DNA of 64,000 bases from IMG/VR virus record IMGVR_UViG_3300033485_000002, positions 96,001 to 160,000 of that record; one strand, given 5' to 3'. The notes beneath the pieces are model-generated. The model was given only the letters and a program-made list of their open reading frames with translations, ran no database searches and had not been told where the DNA came from. Every line of letters starts with the position of its first letter. Positions within the stretch are counted from its first letter, which is position 1. Shown here one piece after another: positions 1 through 7,239 of the stretch. Made by a program: the position numbers and the translations under genes. The DNA comes from a virus.

Positions 1-1
1 C

Positions 2-259
2 GTGACCAACCTGCTGGCCGCTGCTGGCCTGATGCGGGGTATTGGTGGTTGGCGTCCGCAGAAGGGGGCTGGTGACTTCGGGCAGTTCACGCTCGTTGAC
101 CAGGACAACCCCGAGTTCTTGGACATCGTTGCCACTGGTGGGCGTGAGCCGCAGGATCTGGCGCTGGCCGATCCTGAGTGTTTCGATAGCGAGACGGTGA
201 ACATGCTGTCGTGGTTCATGGCGGAAACCAAGCGGCGTGGTCTCAAGGTTGTGAGCTAG
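2..259 (+). CDS. 5'-truncated RAMP/Cas7-like protein (C-terminal G-rich loop); putative effector of the adjacent pentamer array (Vipr-like)
   Basis: Open from window edge; LLAAAGLMRGIGGWRPQKGAGDFGQF resembles the RAMP glycine-rich loop (GIGxWRPxxxGxFGxF); two genes upstream of the array. Confidence 0.7.
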   Translation: MTNLLAAAGLMRGIGGWRPQKGAGDFGQFTLVDQDNPEFLDIVATGGREPQDLALADPECFDSETVNMLSWFMAETKRRGLKVVS

Positions 260-267
260 GAGGAATA

Positions 268-747
268 ATGGAACACGAGCGGACGAAGATCATTCGGGAA
301 GAGCTGATCCGCCTTGAGAACTCGCTGGGGACGTTGACCCCGGACAAGGTGGTCGAAGCAGCTACTCCTGTGAAGAGTCCAATCCACCCTTGCTTCGATT
401 GGGACAATACCTCGGCAGGGCACAAGTACCGATTGGAGCAGGCGCGTGGTCTTATCCAGTCGGTGAAGTACCGGGTTACGACCGAGAAGAAGGTGTTTAC
501 GGTGGCTCGGTATGTGCGTGACCCGAGGGTGGACCCTCAAACGCAGGGGTATGTCTCGGTGCCGAAGCTGAAGGAAGATCCTGCTGCGGCCCTGAAGGCG
601 GTACAGTGGGAGTTTTCCAGAGTGCAGCAGGCACTGGAGCGTTTGGAGATCTTGGCCACGGTGCTGGAAGCCAAGTCGGTGGTTACGGCAGCCCGTAAGC
701 ACATGAAGCGGGTGCAGGCTAAGGTGGAAAAGTCTTTTGCGATCTAG
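268..747 (+). CDS. Conserved phage protein (LTPxxVVEAA...HxxFxWD...YRLxQAR family), accessory gene between RAMP-like gene and array
   Basis: AGGAGG SD then ATG at 268; LTPDKVVEAATPVKSPIHPCFDWDNTSAGHKYRLEQARGLI; stop at 747 abuts the array. Confidence 0.75.
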   Translation: MEHERTKIIREELIRLENSLGTLTPDKVVEAATPVKSPIHPCFDWDNTSAGHKYRLEQARGLIQSVKYRVTTEKKVFTVARYVRDPRVDPQTQGYVSVPKLKEDPAAALKAVQWEFSRVQQALERLEILATVLEAKSVVTAARKHMKRVQAKVEKSFAI

Positions 748-751
748 CCGA

Positions 752-1408
752 CATTGTCACGGTTTAGCTGTCAAGGTACGATCGGGATTGTTCGGGTTTG
801 TCAAGGAAAGTCAAGATCTGGCGCGGTCGGGTGAGGCTGTCGTGGTTCGGTCAGATCCGTTCAGGGATGTTAGGGAAAGATATGGTGTGTTCTGGTGGGG
901 GAAGATTCGGATGGGCAAGGTGAGGCTGTCCAGGTAAGGTTCGGTGGGATGGGGCGTGTTACGGCGACTTAGGGTTAGTCATGGGCAGGTTCGGCTGTCA
1001 CGGTATGGCACGTTAGTTTCGGGTTAGTCAAGGACGGGAACGGTGCGATCAGGTCTGATCCGGTCTGACTGTCACGGTACGTGTCGTAGGGTAGGAAAAG
1101 GCAAGGCTCAGCATGTTAGGGTTCGGTGAGGCTAGGCTGTCACGGTGTCGTGAGGATGGGACCGGCAGGGCCGGGTTCGTTGCTGGCGTGGCATATTTTG
1201 GCGGGGCTTGGCTGTCATGGTGATTTTTGCGTTCAGGCGTGATTGGGCCTGACAGGATTCGATTAGGCAGGGCCGGGTAAGGTTTGGCTGTCACGGTGGG
1301 ATATGGACGGATCCGGAAGGGAGAGATGCGTTCTGGCGGGGTCTGGTGGGGCTGGGTGAGACCGGGTGGGACGAGATTTGGTAAGATCCGGTCAGGTCTG
1401 ACTGGTAT
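752..1408 (+). ncRNA. Array of 8 putative gapped guide RNAs: tandem G-[GAT]-N + NN pentamers separated by a G(G/A)CTGTCAC-like linker (VIPR-type RNA array)
   Basis: Linkers at ~766, 835, 924, 993, 1067, 1135, 1210, 1286, degenerate at 1400; units of ~12-21 pentamers; in the 5 indel-free units 72 of 74 pentamers start with G and none has C at position 2; no credible ORF. Confidence 0.85.
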
Positions 1409-1411
1409 GTT

Positions 1412-1487
1412 GGGGGAGTAGCCCAACGGTAGAGGCGGAGGACTTAAAATCCTTTCAGTGTGGGTTCGAATCCCACCTTCCCCACCA
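1412..1487 (+). tRNA. tRNA-Leu(TAA), short variable loop, encoded CCA
   Basis: Acceptor GGGGGAG/CTTCCCC, anticodon arm GAGGA-CTTAAAA-TCCTT, T-loop GTTCGAAT, 3' ACCA. Confidence 0.93.
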
Positions 1488-1497
1488 ATGTGCTAAG

Positions 1498-1568
1498 GGG
1501 GGTATCACTCAGTGGCCGAGTAGCGGGCTTTTAACCCGCCTACCAGGGTTCGATTCCCTGTGCCCCCA
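1498..1568 (+). tRNA. tRNA-Lys(TTT)
   Basis: Acceptor GGGGGTA/TGCCCCC, anticodon arm GCGGG-CTTTTAA-CCCGC, T-loop GTTCGATT; no encoded CCA. Confidence 0.9.
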
Positions 1569-1582
1569 CTTTTGGAGCTAAT

Positions 1583-1699
1583 ATGGACGAGCTTAATCAA
1601 AATGTTGAACGGTTGCTGTGGATCTGGAGTCTGCTCTGCCTCAGCGTAACTGTAGTGGGTTTGTTTATTTGGTGGATAGGGAGATATCGTGATAAGTAG
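1583..1699 (+). CDS. 38-aa single-pass membrane peptide (below ORF-track cutoff)
   Basis: GGAG SD; MDELNQNVERLLWIWSLLCLSVTVVGLFIWWIGRYRDK. Confidence 0.55.
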   Translation: MDELNQNVERLLWIWSLLCLSVTVVGLFIWWIGRYRDK

Positions 1700-1708
1700 G
1701 AGATAGGA

Positions 1709-1912
1709 ATGGCTTCGACTACGGCACTGGATAAGCGACTCACGGAGCTGGAGAACCTCATGAAGGAGGTTATCCGTGCCTCTGAGACAGCGACTCGTGT
1801 TTATGCTGAGAATCAAGAGCCGATCGAGCGCCGCTTCCATACTTTGGAAGCGAGAGTCAGTGCCGAGATCAACGGGGTCATTGAGCGACTGAATAAGTTA
1901 GAGGGCCGTTGA
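1709..1912 (+). CDS. Small coiled-coil hypothetical protein
   Basis: SD; heptad pattern; TGATG overlap with next gene. Confidence 0.65.
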   Translation: MASTTALDKRLTELENLMKEVIRASETATRVYAENQEPIERRFHTLEARVSAEINGVIERLNKLEGR

Positions 1913-4155
1913 TGGCTACATACTACATGCGGGCTGATGGTAGCGCGACGAAAGCTAATGCTACTGGGCCGTCTTCTGATCCCACCAAGTGCATGAACAA
2001 GACCACGCATGACGCGGCCACGTTTTCCCCTGATGACTTCATCATATGCTCCGGGCTGGGTGGGATCTATCGAGGCTACTTCAGACCACCGTCAAGCGGG
2101 ACGGATGGGCATCCCATCACGTACATCGGAAGCGATTCTCCCCATTTTACGGCGAAAGAGTTAGCGACTGGGTGGACGCTCCATGCCGGGAATGTCTGGA
2201 AAGTAGCGTGGACACGGGGCGGTGATGTTAATGCCCAACACCTTTTTATCGACGGGGTAGATCAGGGATTAGGTCAGTCTGCGCTGGTGAATGTTGATGC
2301 CGAGGGTGAGTGGTTTCTTGATGACCCCGGCAACATGTTGTACTTATATGACAGCGGTGGAGATCCTGACGGGCACGTTGCTCCAGGGATTGAGATTAAC
2401 TCCGTTGAGCGCATCATAGAAGCCGGTAAGTCCTATACCATCTTCGATGGTTTGCACTTATCATGGGCGTCCTACGCACAGATCAGGTCGGATAACGCAG
2501 GAAGTCATGTCACTATCCGGAACTGTACTTGTGAGTACGGTAACCGTGGAATCAGTGCAACGACTACTGCGGGTACTTATACTGACTGGGAAATCTATGA
2601 TAATACGCTGCGTTACTTCTGGAACTCTGGGATTGAGTTTCTTCACGGAGGACGAGAGTCGCGCATCTACAGGAATCACATCCATGACGTTGACCATGAC
2701 TCGTTCGCCATTGGTTCAACTTATACGAACGGGATCAAGCTGTGGGATGACGGTGCCCTCACTGGATCTGTCGAAATCTTTGAAAATCTGATTTATGACA
2801 TTGGCCCAGGTGGTGCAGCGTCTGGCCCTGGTCAAGGATCTGGTATCTGGTTTGACCGTATCCAACCTGAAGCTGGTGACGAGTGTGTGGCGTACCACAA
2901 CTTCCTCTACAACTGCTCGGGGACCGGGGTCTTCATCGAGATCTCAAGGCATTGCATTGCCTACTCCAACGTGATGTACAACTGCGGTTATCACTCTGGA
3001 GGAACCGATGAGTTCAGTCCTTCCGGCATGAGAATCGATACTAGGACCGGGTACAATAGTGAATACAATTATGTGTATAACAACACCGTGTATGGGGGCC
3101 GTTGTGGGATGGTTGTGGCCGGTTACTATGATCATACTGCCGTCATTAGCTATAACGAGGTGAAGAACAACATCTTCATCGGCTGGACGGAGCACGGTCT
3201 TATCGCTCGTAACGGTGGGGATAACACTACGCTTCACGGGACCGGGGTTGGCAACGTCTACGAGCACAATTGCCTGGGGCCGGAATCCAATGCGCTTGTG
3301 CAGTGGAACTACCATCATGTTGGAACCCATGATGGGTGGGAAGCGATTGCTGACACTGCACATCATGTCGTTTTGCAGGATTACTGGCTGGATAATACAT
3401 CTCAGCCAGTTGACGGTAGTGGTGGCTATTGGTGGGGCATTGAAGTCCCGCTGAGTGGTACAGGTACAGTCAATGTTAAGCGGATATTTGCAAGGTTGTG
3501 TCGCGTTGGTACTCCTTCGAACAGCACCGCGAGGATGAGGATCTATGACAACAATGCCGGTGCGCCAGGGACCAGCATTGCGGAGACGACGCTTAATATT
3601 TCTGCCGTCACAACCGACAGCGTTGATGGTGATTGGTATGAGTTCGTCTTCTCTAGTTCGGTTACCCTGACCAAAGGTAGTACTTACTACTTTGTGATGG
3701 TTGGAGACTGGACTCACGATAACAACAACTGCGTTAAGATGTTTGGCAGAACCAGTGGTTACACCGGGGTTCATCATTCTTGGCGCTATAGTGGAACCTG
3801 GACAGAGACGACTGCGGCCACATTTGCTTTTATTGCTTTAGACGATACTTATGTCCCTGGGTGGATGCATAACGTCGAAGGAGATCCGCTTCTTGCAGAT
3901 GTTGAGGCCCACCAGTTCTGGCTCACAGAAACCTCTCCCTGCCTTGAAGCTGGAGTGGACCTTGGAGCGGATTACCGGTCTGGACTTCATCCATCGAGCG
4001 TTTGGCCAGATGGTGTAGTGACGGCCAATCAGAGTGGGGATTGGGATATGGGGGCATATATCTTTCCCTCTTCCGGGGGGCATTCAGCACTCCCACTCGG
4101 TCAAGCTTTTGACCAGGATGTCTTTTTCCCATCGTCAATAACTTGGATCGTATGA
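1912..4155 (+). CDS. Right-handed beta-helix (pectate-lyase-like) protein with inserted beta-sandwich domain; putative tail spike/depolymerase or virion glycan-binding protein
   Basis: Parallel beta-helix repeats (VTIRNCTCE, IYDNTLRY, IYRNHIHD, IFENLIYD, VYNNTVY, VKNNIF); C-terminal DPLLAD..FWLTETSPCLEAG..WDMGAY cap. Confidence 0.8.
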   Translation: MATYYMRADGSATKANATGPSSDPTKCMNKTTHDAATFSPDDFIICSGLGGIYRGYFRPPSSGTDGHPITYIGSDSPHFTAKELATGWTLHAGNVWKVAWTRGGDVNAQHLFIDGVDQGLGQSALVNVDAEGEWFLDDPGNMLYLYDSGGDPDGHVAPGIEINSVERIIEAGKSYTIFDGLHLSWASYAQIRSDNAGSHVTIRNCTCEYGNRGISATTTAGTYTDWEIYDNTLRYFWNSGIEFLHGGRESRIYRNHIHDVDHDSFAIGSTYTNGIKLWDDGALTGSVEIFENLIYDIGPGGAASGPGQGSGIWFDRIQPEAGDECVAYHNFLYNCSGTGVFIEISRHCIAYSNVMYNCGYHSGGTDEFSPSGMRIDTRTGYNSEYNYVYNNTVYGGRCGMVVAGYYDHTAVISYNEVKNNIFIGWTEHGLIARNGGDNTTLHGTGVGNVYEHNCLGPESNALVQWNYHHVGTHDGWEAIADTAHHVVLQDYWLDNTSQPVDGSGGYWWGIEVPLSGTGTVNVKRIFARLCRVGTPSNSTARMRIYDNNAGAPGTSIAETTLNISAVTTDSVDGDWYEFVFSSSVTLTKGSTYYFVMVGDWTHDNNNCVKMFGRTSGYTGVHHSWRYSGTWTETTAATFAFIALDDTYVPGWMHNVEGDPLLADVEAHQFWLTETSPCLEAGVDLGADYRSGLHPSSVWPDGVVTANQSGDWDMGAYIFPSSGGHSALPLGQAFDQDVFFPSSITWIV

Positions 4156-4292
4156 CACTAATTCATAAGGAGCCGTTGATGTGTCCTCGGGATTGATCAC
4201 TGCCTTGGCGATTATTGGAATATGGCTCGCAGCGGGTGGGCTATTCGCTTTGGCAGTGGGTTGGGTCATTCAACGAGAAAGAGAGAAGTGAC

Positions 4293-4598
4293 ATGGGTGA
4301 CATGACCGTAGCCAATGACGCTAGCGTGATTTTCTCCAACAACAGTAACGACACGTACTCCATCAGCGACTCCACGACATGGCCGGGAACGACAGGGAGC
4401 TGTTGCCCGGACTGCGGGATGTCCCAGTCAAACGGGTACGGGATCCACTACGCCGGGTGCCCACGGTTGAACCCTGCGTGGCAGCCGTATGGCACCTACA
4501 TCAACTCTCCCTCCAACTATGAGCAAAAGCTCGATGAGATCCATGCGACACTGAAGGAACTTCTGGTAACGGTTCAACGACTCGTGCGCGAACTCTAG
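4293..4598 (+). CDS. Hypothetical protein with CPDC...HxxGC zinc-binding motif
   Basis: ORF track, likely ATG 4293. Confidence 0.55.
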   Translation: MGDMTVANDASVIFSNNSNDTYSISDSTTWPGTTGSCCPDCGMSQSNGYGIHYAGCPRLNPAWQPYGTYINSPSNYEQKLDEIHATLKELLVTVQRLVREL

Positions 4599-4613
4599 AA
4601 GGGAGCAAGGAGC

Positions 4614-4811
4614 ATGACCGTTGGTGATCTGAAGCGGGAGCTATTACGGTGGGACGACGAGGACAAGGTGATGGTTAGGACAGCGTTTCGTCCGTACAGG
4701 ACATACAAGACGCAGCGGGTGGAGATGGCTGACTATCACAAAGATAAACACACTGTCAGGCCACGAAGGGTGTTAGTCTTGGTTGGAGAAGAGGAGTCAC
4801 GCAATGTCTGA
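4614..4811 (+). CDS. Hypothetical phage protein (MTVGDLK..L...D.. type)
   Basis: AGGAG SD; common small phage protein N-terminus. Confidence 0.65.
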   Translation: MTVGDLKRELLRWDDEDKVMVRTAFRPYRTYKTQRVEMADYHKDKHTVRPRRVLVLVGEEESRNV

Positions 4812-5277
4812 GGACACGCTCGCAATGCACCCAGGACCGGATCTGATCATCCGGCACTATCGCACTCCCGATGTCCAGGGGCTGTTCCAATACGGCTTCG
4901 TCCCGTGCTCCGAGAAGGAAGCGCACTTCATGCTCGAAAAGATCGGGAAGCTGGGACGCAGGAACCGGGAGAGTTATGGCGGATTTACACTTGTCATCGA
5001 CACCAAGCGCCGGGTGATGGGTATTGCCCTCTGCTCCCTCAAGGACCAGTACAACAAGAAGAAGGGCATTCAGCAGGCGATGGAGAAGCTCCTGGCCGCG
5101 TGCTCGGATACTACTGCTGTGTTGGTGCCCGAGGCGAAGAGCCGGGTTGCCAAGGGGCTGTGCAAGGCGGCGGTGTGGGCGGCATGGTCTGAGTACATGA
5201 AGCGGGACTGGCCGCTGGACGAGTTTCACATTGACACCATCAATAACTGTTGGACGCTAACTGAGGTGGTGGAGTAG
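4804..5277 (+). CDS. Hypothetical phage protein (GGFT...GIALCSxKDxYNKKKG motif)
   Basis: GAGGAG SD; motif frequent in phage proteins. Confidence 0.7.
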   Translation: MSEDTLAMHPGPDLIIRHYRTPDVQGLFQYGFVPCSEKEAHFMLEKIGKLGRRNRESYGGFTLVIDTKRRVMGIALCSLKDQYNKKKGIQQAMEKLLAACSDTTAVLVPEAKSRVAKGLCKAAVWAAWSEYMKRDWPLDEFHIDTINNCWTLTEVVE

Positions 5278-5306
5278 CTTAGGGCTTTATTGAGCGTGGG
5301 GAGAGT

Positions 5307-5702
5307 ATGGCTGAAGTAGATCCGTTTCCGACTTGCTATCTGGAGTTCATGGGGCATACCATCACCGTGATGTTCACCCCGGAACGGCCTATCAGGGATA
5401 ACAAGCCGGGAGAGCTGCTGGACGGTTACCTCGATCCAGGCTCGGAGATCATCTTCATCTACAACGAGCTGCCGGAAGACAGGAAACGCGAGGTGCTCGC
5501 CCATGAGCTGACGCACCTCGTGGACATCGACACCTCCCCCACCAAGCACCTCACCGAGAATCAGATTGGGCGGATCAGTCGTGGGTTCCAGGGTATCTTG
5601 GCAGATAACCCTGATCTGGCCATGTACTTTGCCCGTAAGCTCAAGACAGGCACGCTTATCAAAAGATTGGAGAAGCGCCGCTATGCTGAAACTGACGTTT
5701 GA
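5307..5702 (+). CDS. HExxH zinc metallopeptidase-like protein (ImmA/IrrE-like fold)
   Basis: LDGY...IFIYNEL....REVLAHELTH. Confidence 0.7.
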   Translation: MAEVDPFPTCYLEFMGHTITVMFTPERPIRDNKPGELLDGYLDPGSEIIFIYNELPEDRKREVLAHELTHLVDIDTSPTKHLTENQIGRISRGFQGILADNPDLAMYFARKLKTGTLIKRLEKRRYAETDV

Positions 5703-5913
5703 GTTCGAGACCCCACAGGAAGCGGTTGTCGTACTCAAGGCGCAGGAAATGGCTTCGGCGCTCTATGACTTTGATACCTACCTGCGTAACATGTTGAAGT
5801 ATCACCTGGATGAAGCCTCACCAGAGATCGTGGCGAAAGTGGAAGAGATCCGTAAGGAGTTGGCGGAACTTATGAACGACGCGGGCATTATCGAGGTAGT
5901 CTTCAATACATGA
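5683..5913 (+). CDS. Hypothetical phage protein
   Basis: GGAG SD; MLKLTFEF...ALYDFDTYLRNMLKY. Confidence 0.65.
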   Translation: MLKLTFEFETPQEAVVVLKAQEMASALYDFDTYLRNMLKYHLDEASPEIVAKVEEIRKELAELMNDAGIIEVVFNT

Positions 5914-6092
5914 ACATGAGCAAGTGGTACGTGACGCATCCCCATGACAAAAAAGAAGTACCCGAGACACGCGGCAAGTCCAAGCAGGAGTCGCAAGAAT
6001 TATTTCTGCTCAGGATGTCGATGCTCAAGGGAGTTCACCAGCCGTGGGTCTGGTGGGAGAAGCAGGGGTATAAGGTCCGACGAAGTACTTGA
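5910..6092 (+). CDS. Hypothetical protein
   Basis: ATGA overlap with previous gene. Confidence 0.5.
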   Translation: MNMSKWYVTHPHDKKEVPETRGKSKQESQELFLLRMSMLKGVHQPWVWWEKQGYKVRRST

Positions 6093-6117
6093 CACGGACG
6101 GCAATTCCACCTATTTT
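6089..6117 (+). promoter_or_regulatory. Sigma70-type promoter
   Basis: TTGACA-17 bp-TATTTT upstream of SD/ATG 6148. Confidence 0.6.
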
Positions 6118-6147
6118 GGGTATGGGGATAGGAAAGGAGAGTCAATC

Positions 6148-6537
6148 ATGGCCGTGAAGCAGATGAAGCAGCAGAAGTTCAAGAAGGGCCAGAAGGTTGC
6201 CTGGGGATCACAGGCGGGGGGCATCCGTACCACCAAGAAGGGCACGGTTGTCGCGGTAGTGAATACGCCGATGATTGATTTGCCCAAGACCGAGAAGCTG
6301 GCGATCCTTCGAGAGCTTCACCCGGAGTTGTCGAAGAAGGAGCTTGAGCGGAAGGCGATGTTCGTCACCACGGAGCAGGCGTTGAGTGAACAGTACCATC
6401 TGAAGTTTTCTCCGCTTGAGGGCTGGCGGGATAAGAGGAAGGAGCCGGTCCACTATCTGGTGGCTGTGGACCGAGGGCCGAAGCGCAAGAAGGCGCTGTA
6501 CCATCCGGTGACCAAGCATCTGACTCCGATCAAGTAA
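6148..6537 (+). CDS. Basic hypothetical phage protein (SH3-like)
   Basis: AAGGAG SD; FKKGQKVAWGSQAGG..KKGTVVAVV...YLVAV...LYHP. Confidence 0.75.
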   Translation: MAVKQMKQQKFKKGQKVAWGSQAGGIRTTKKGTVVAVVNTPMIDLPKTEKLAILRELHPELSKKELERKAMFVTTEQALSEQYHLKFSPLEGWRDKRKEPVHYLVAVDRGPKRKKALYHPVTKHLTPIK

Positions 6538-6560
6538 CTGGAAGAGGGAGAGTGTGGTGC

Positions 6561-6595
6561 GCCCCCATGGTTTCGGCCATGGGGGCTTTGTCTTT
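6561..6595 (+). terminator. Rho-independent terminator
   Basis: GCCCCCATGG-tttcgg-CCATGGGGGC then TTTGTCTTT. Confidence 0.85.
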
Positions 6596-6771
6596 CAAGG
6601 GTGCATAGTTAATTGTGGATAGAATGGGTTTTATTTAAGGAGTCTATTCGCCAGGATAACCTATTAGTAGGTGAGTTATATCACGCAATATAAATCATAA
6701 GTGCATCATATGTCGCCACCATGTATATGAGATAACATAACGCAGCATTGACAGATGGGGTGAGACGCAAT

Positions 6772-7239
6772 ATGAGCCAGTATGATAGACGATATGACGG
6801 CCCCCCTGCTGGTGAGCTGCGCCGGTATCCGACGCCTCCCATGCCCCAGGACTTCCATGTAAATCTGCCTTCTCCCAAGGGGGCAGTGCATCCGAAGCAG
6901 CTATATTCTTTAACTAGAGGGAAATGGGACGCCAAATCGTACTCTCCGTTCGTTGGGAGAGCGTTGAGGCTGTGGACTCGGGAGTTCGCTGCGGATCACG
7001 TTATCAAAAGACTTAAAGCGTTATTGATGATCGATGATCGGACGGGTGTGGTGTGGGTGGAGGAGCAGGCAACCAAATGTCAACTTAGCCCCGAGTTTTC
7101 CAACCCCTGGTGCTTATTGAACTGGTTGGAGTATGTGGGGCTGACCCGAGGGTGGCTGATGGTCCACTCGTGGGAGAACCGTTATAAGGAACGAGGCGAG
7201 GAAGTTACTCGCCGTGTATTTGAACTTCGGAGGATTTGA
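6772..7239 (+). CDS. Hypothetical protein
   Basis: ORF track; overlaps start of next gene. Confidence 0.55.
   Translation: MSQYDRRYDGPPAGELRRYPTPPMPQDFHVNLPSPKGAVHPKQLYSLTRGKWDAKSYSPFVGRALRLWTREFAADHVIKRLKALLMIDDRTGVVWVEEQATKCQLSPEFSNPWCLLNWLEYVGLTRGWLMVHSWENRYKERGEEVTRRVFELRRI

Noticed and set aside
752-1408. Canonical CRISPR array
   Set aside because: The conserved linker is only ~9 nt and non-palindromic, the spacers are internally 5-nt periodic and 59-105 nt long, and there is no cas1/cas2 in the window
737-1426. ORFs 737-937 (+) and 1049-1426 (-)
   Set aside because: Low-complexity by-products of the pentamer array, with no SD; the minus ORF overlaps tRNA-Leu
6596-6770. Replication origin in an AT-rich intergenic stretch
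   Set aside because: No iterons or DnaA boxes seen and no adjacent replication gene
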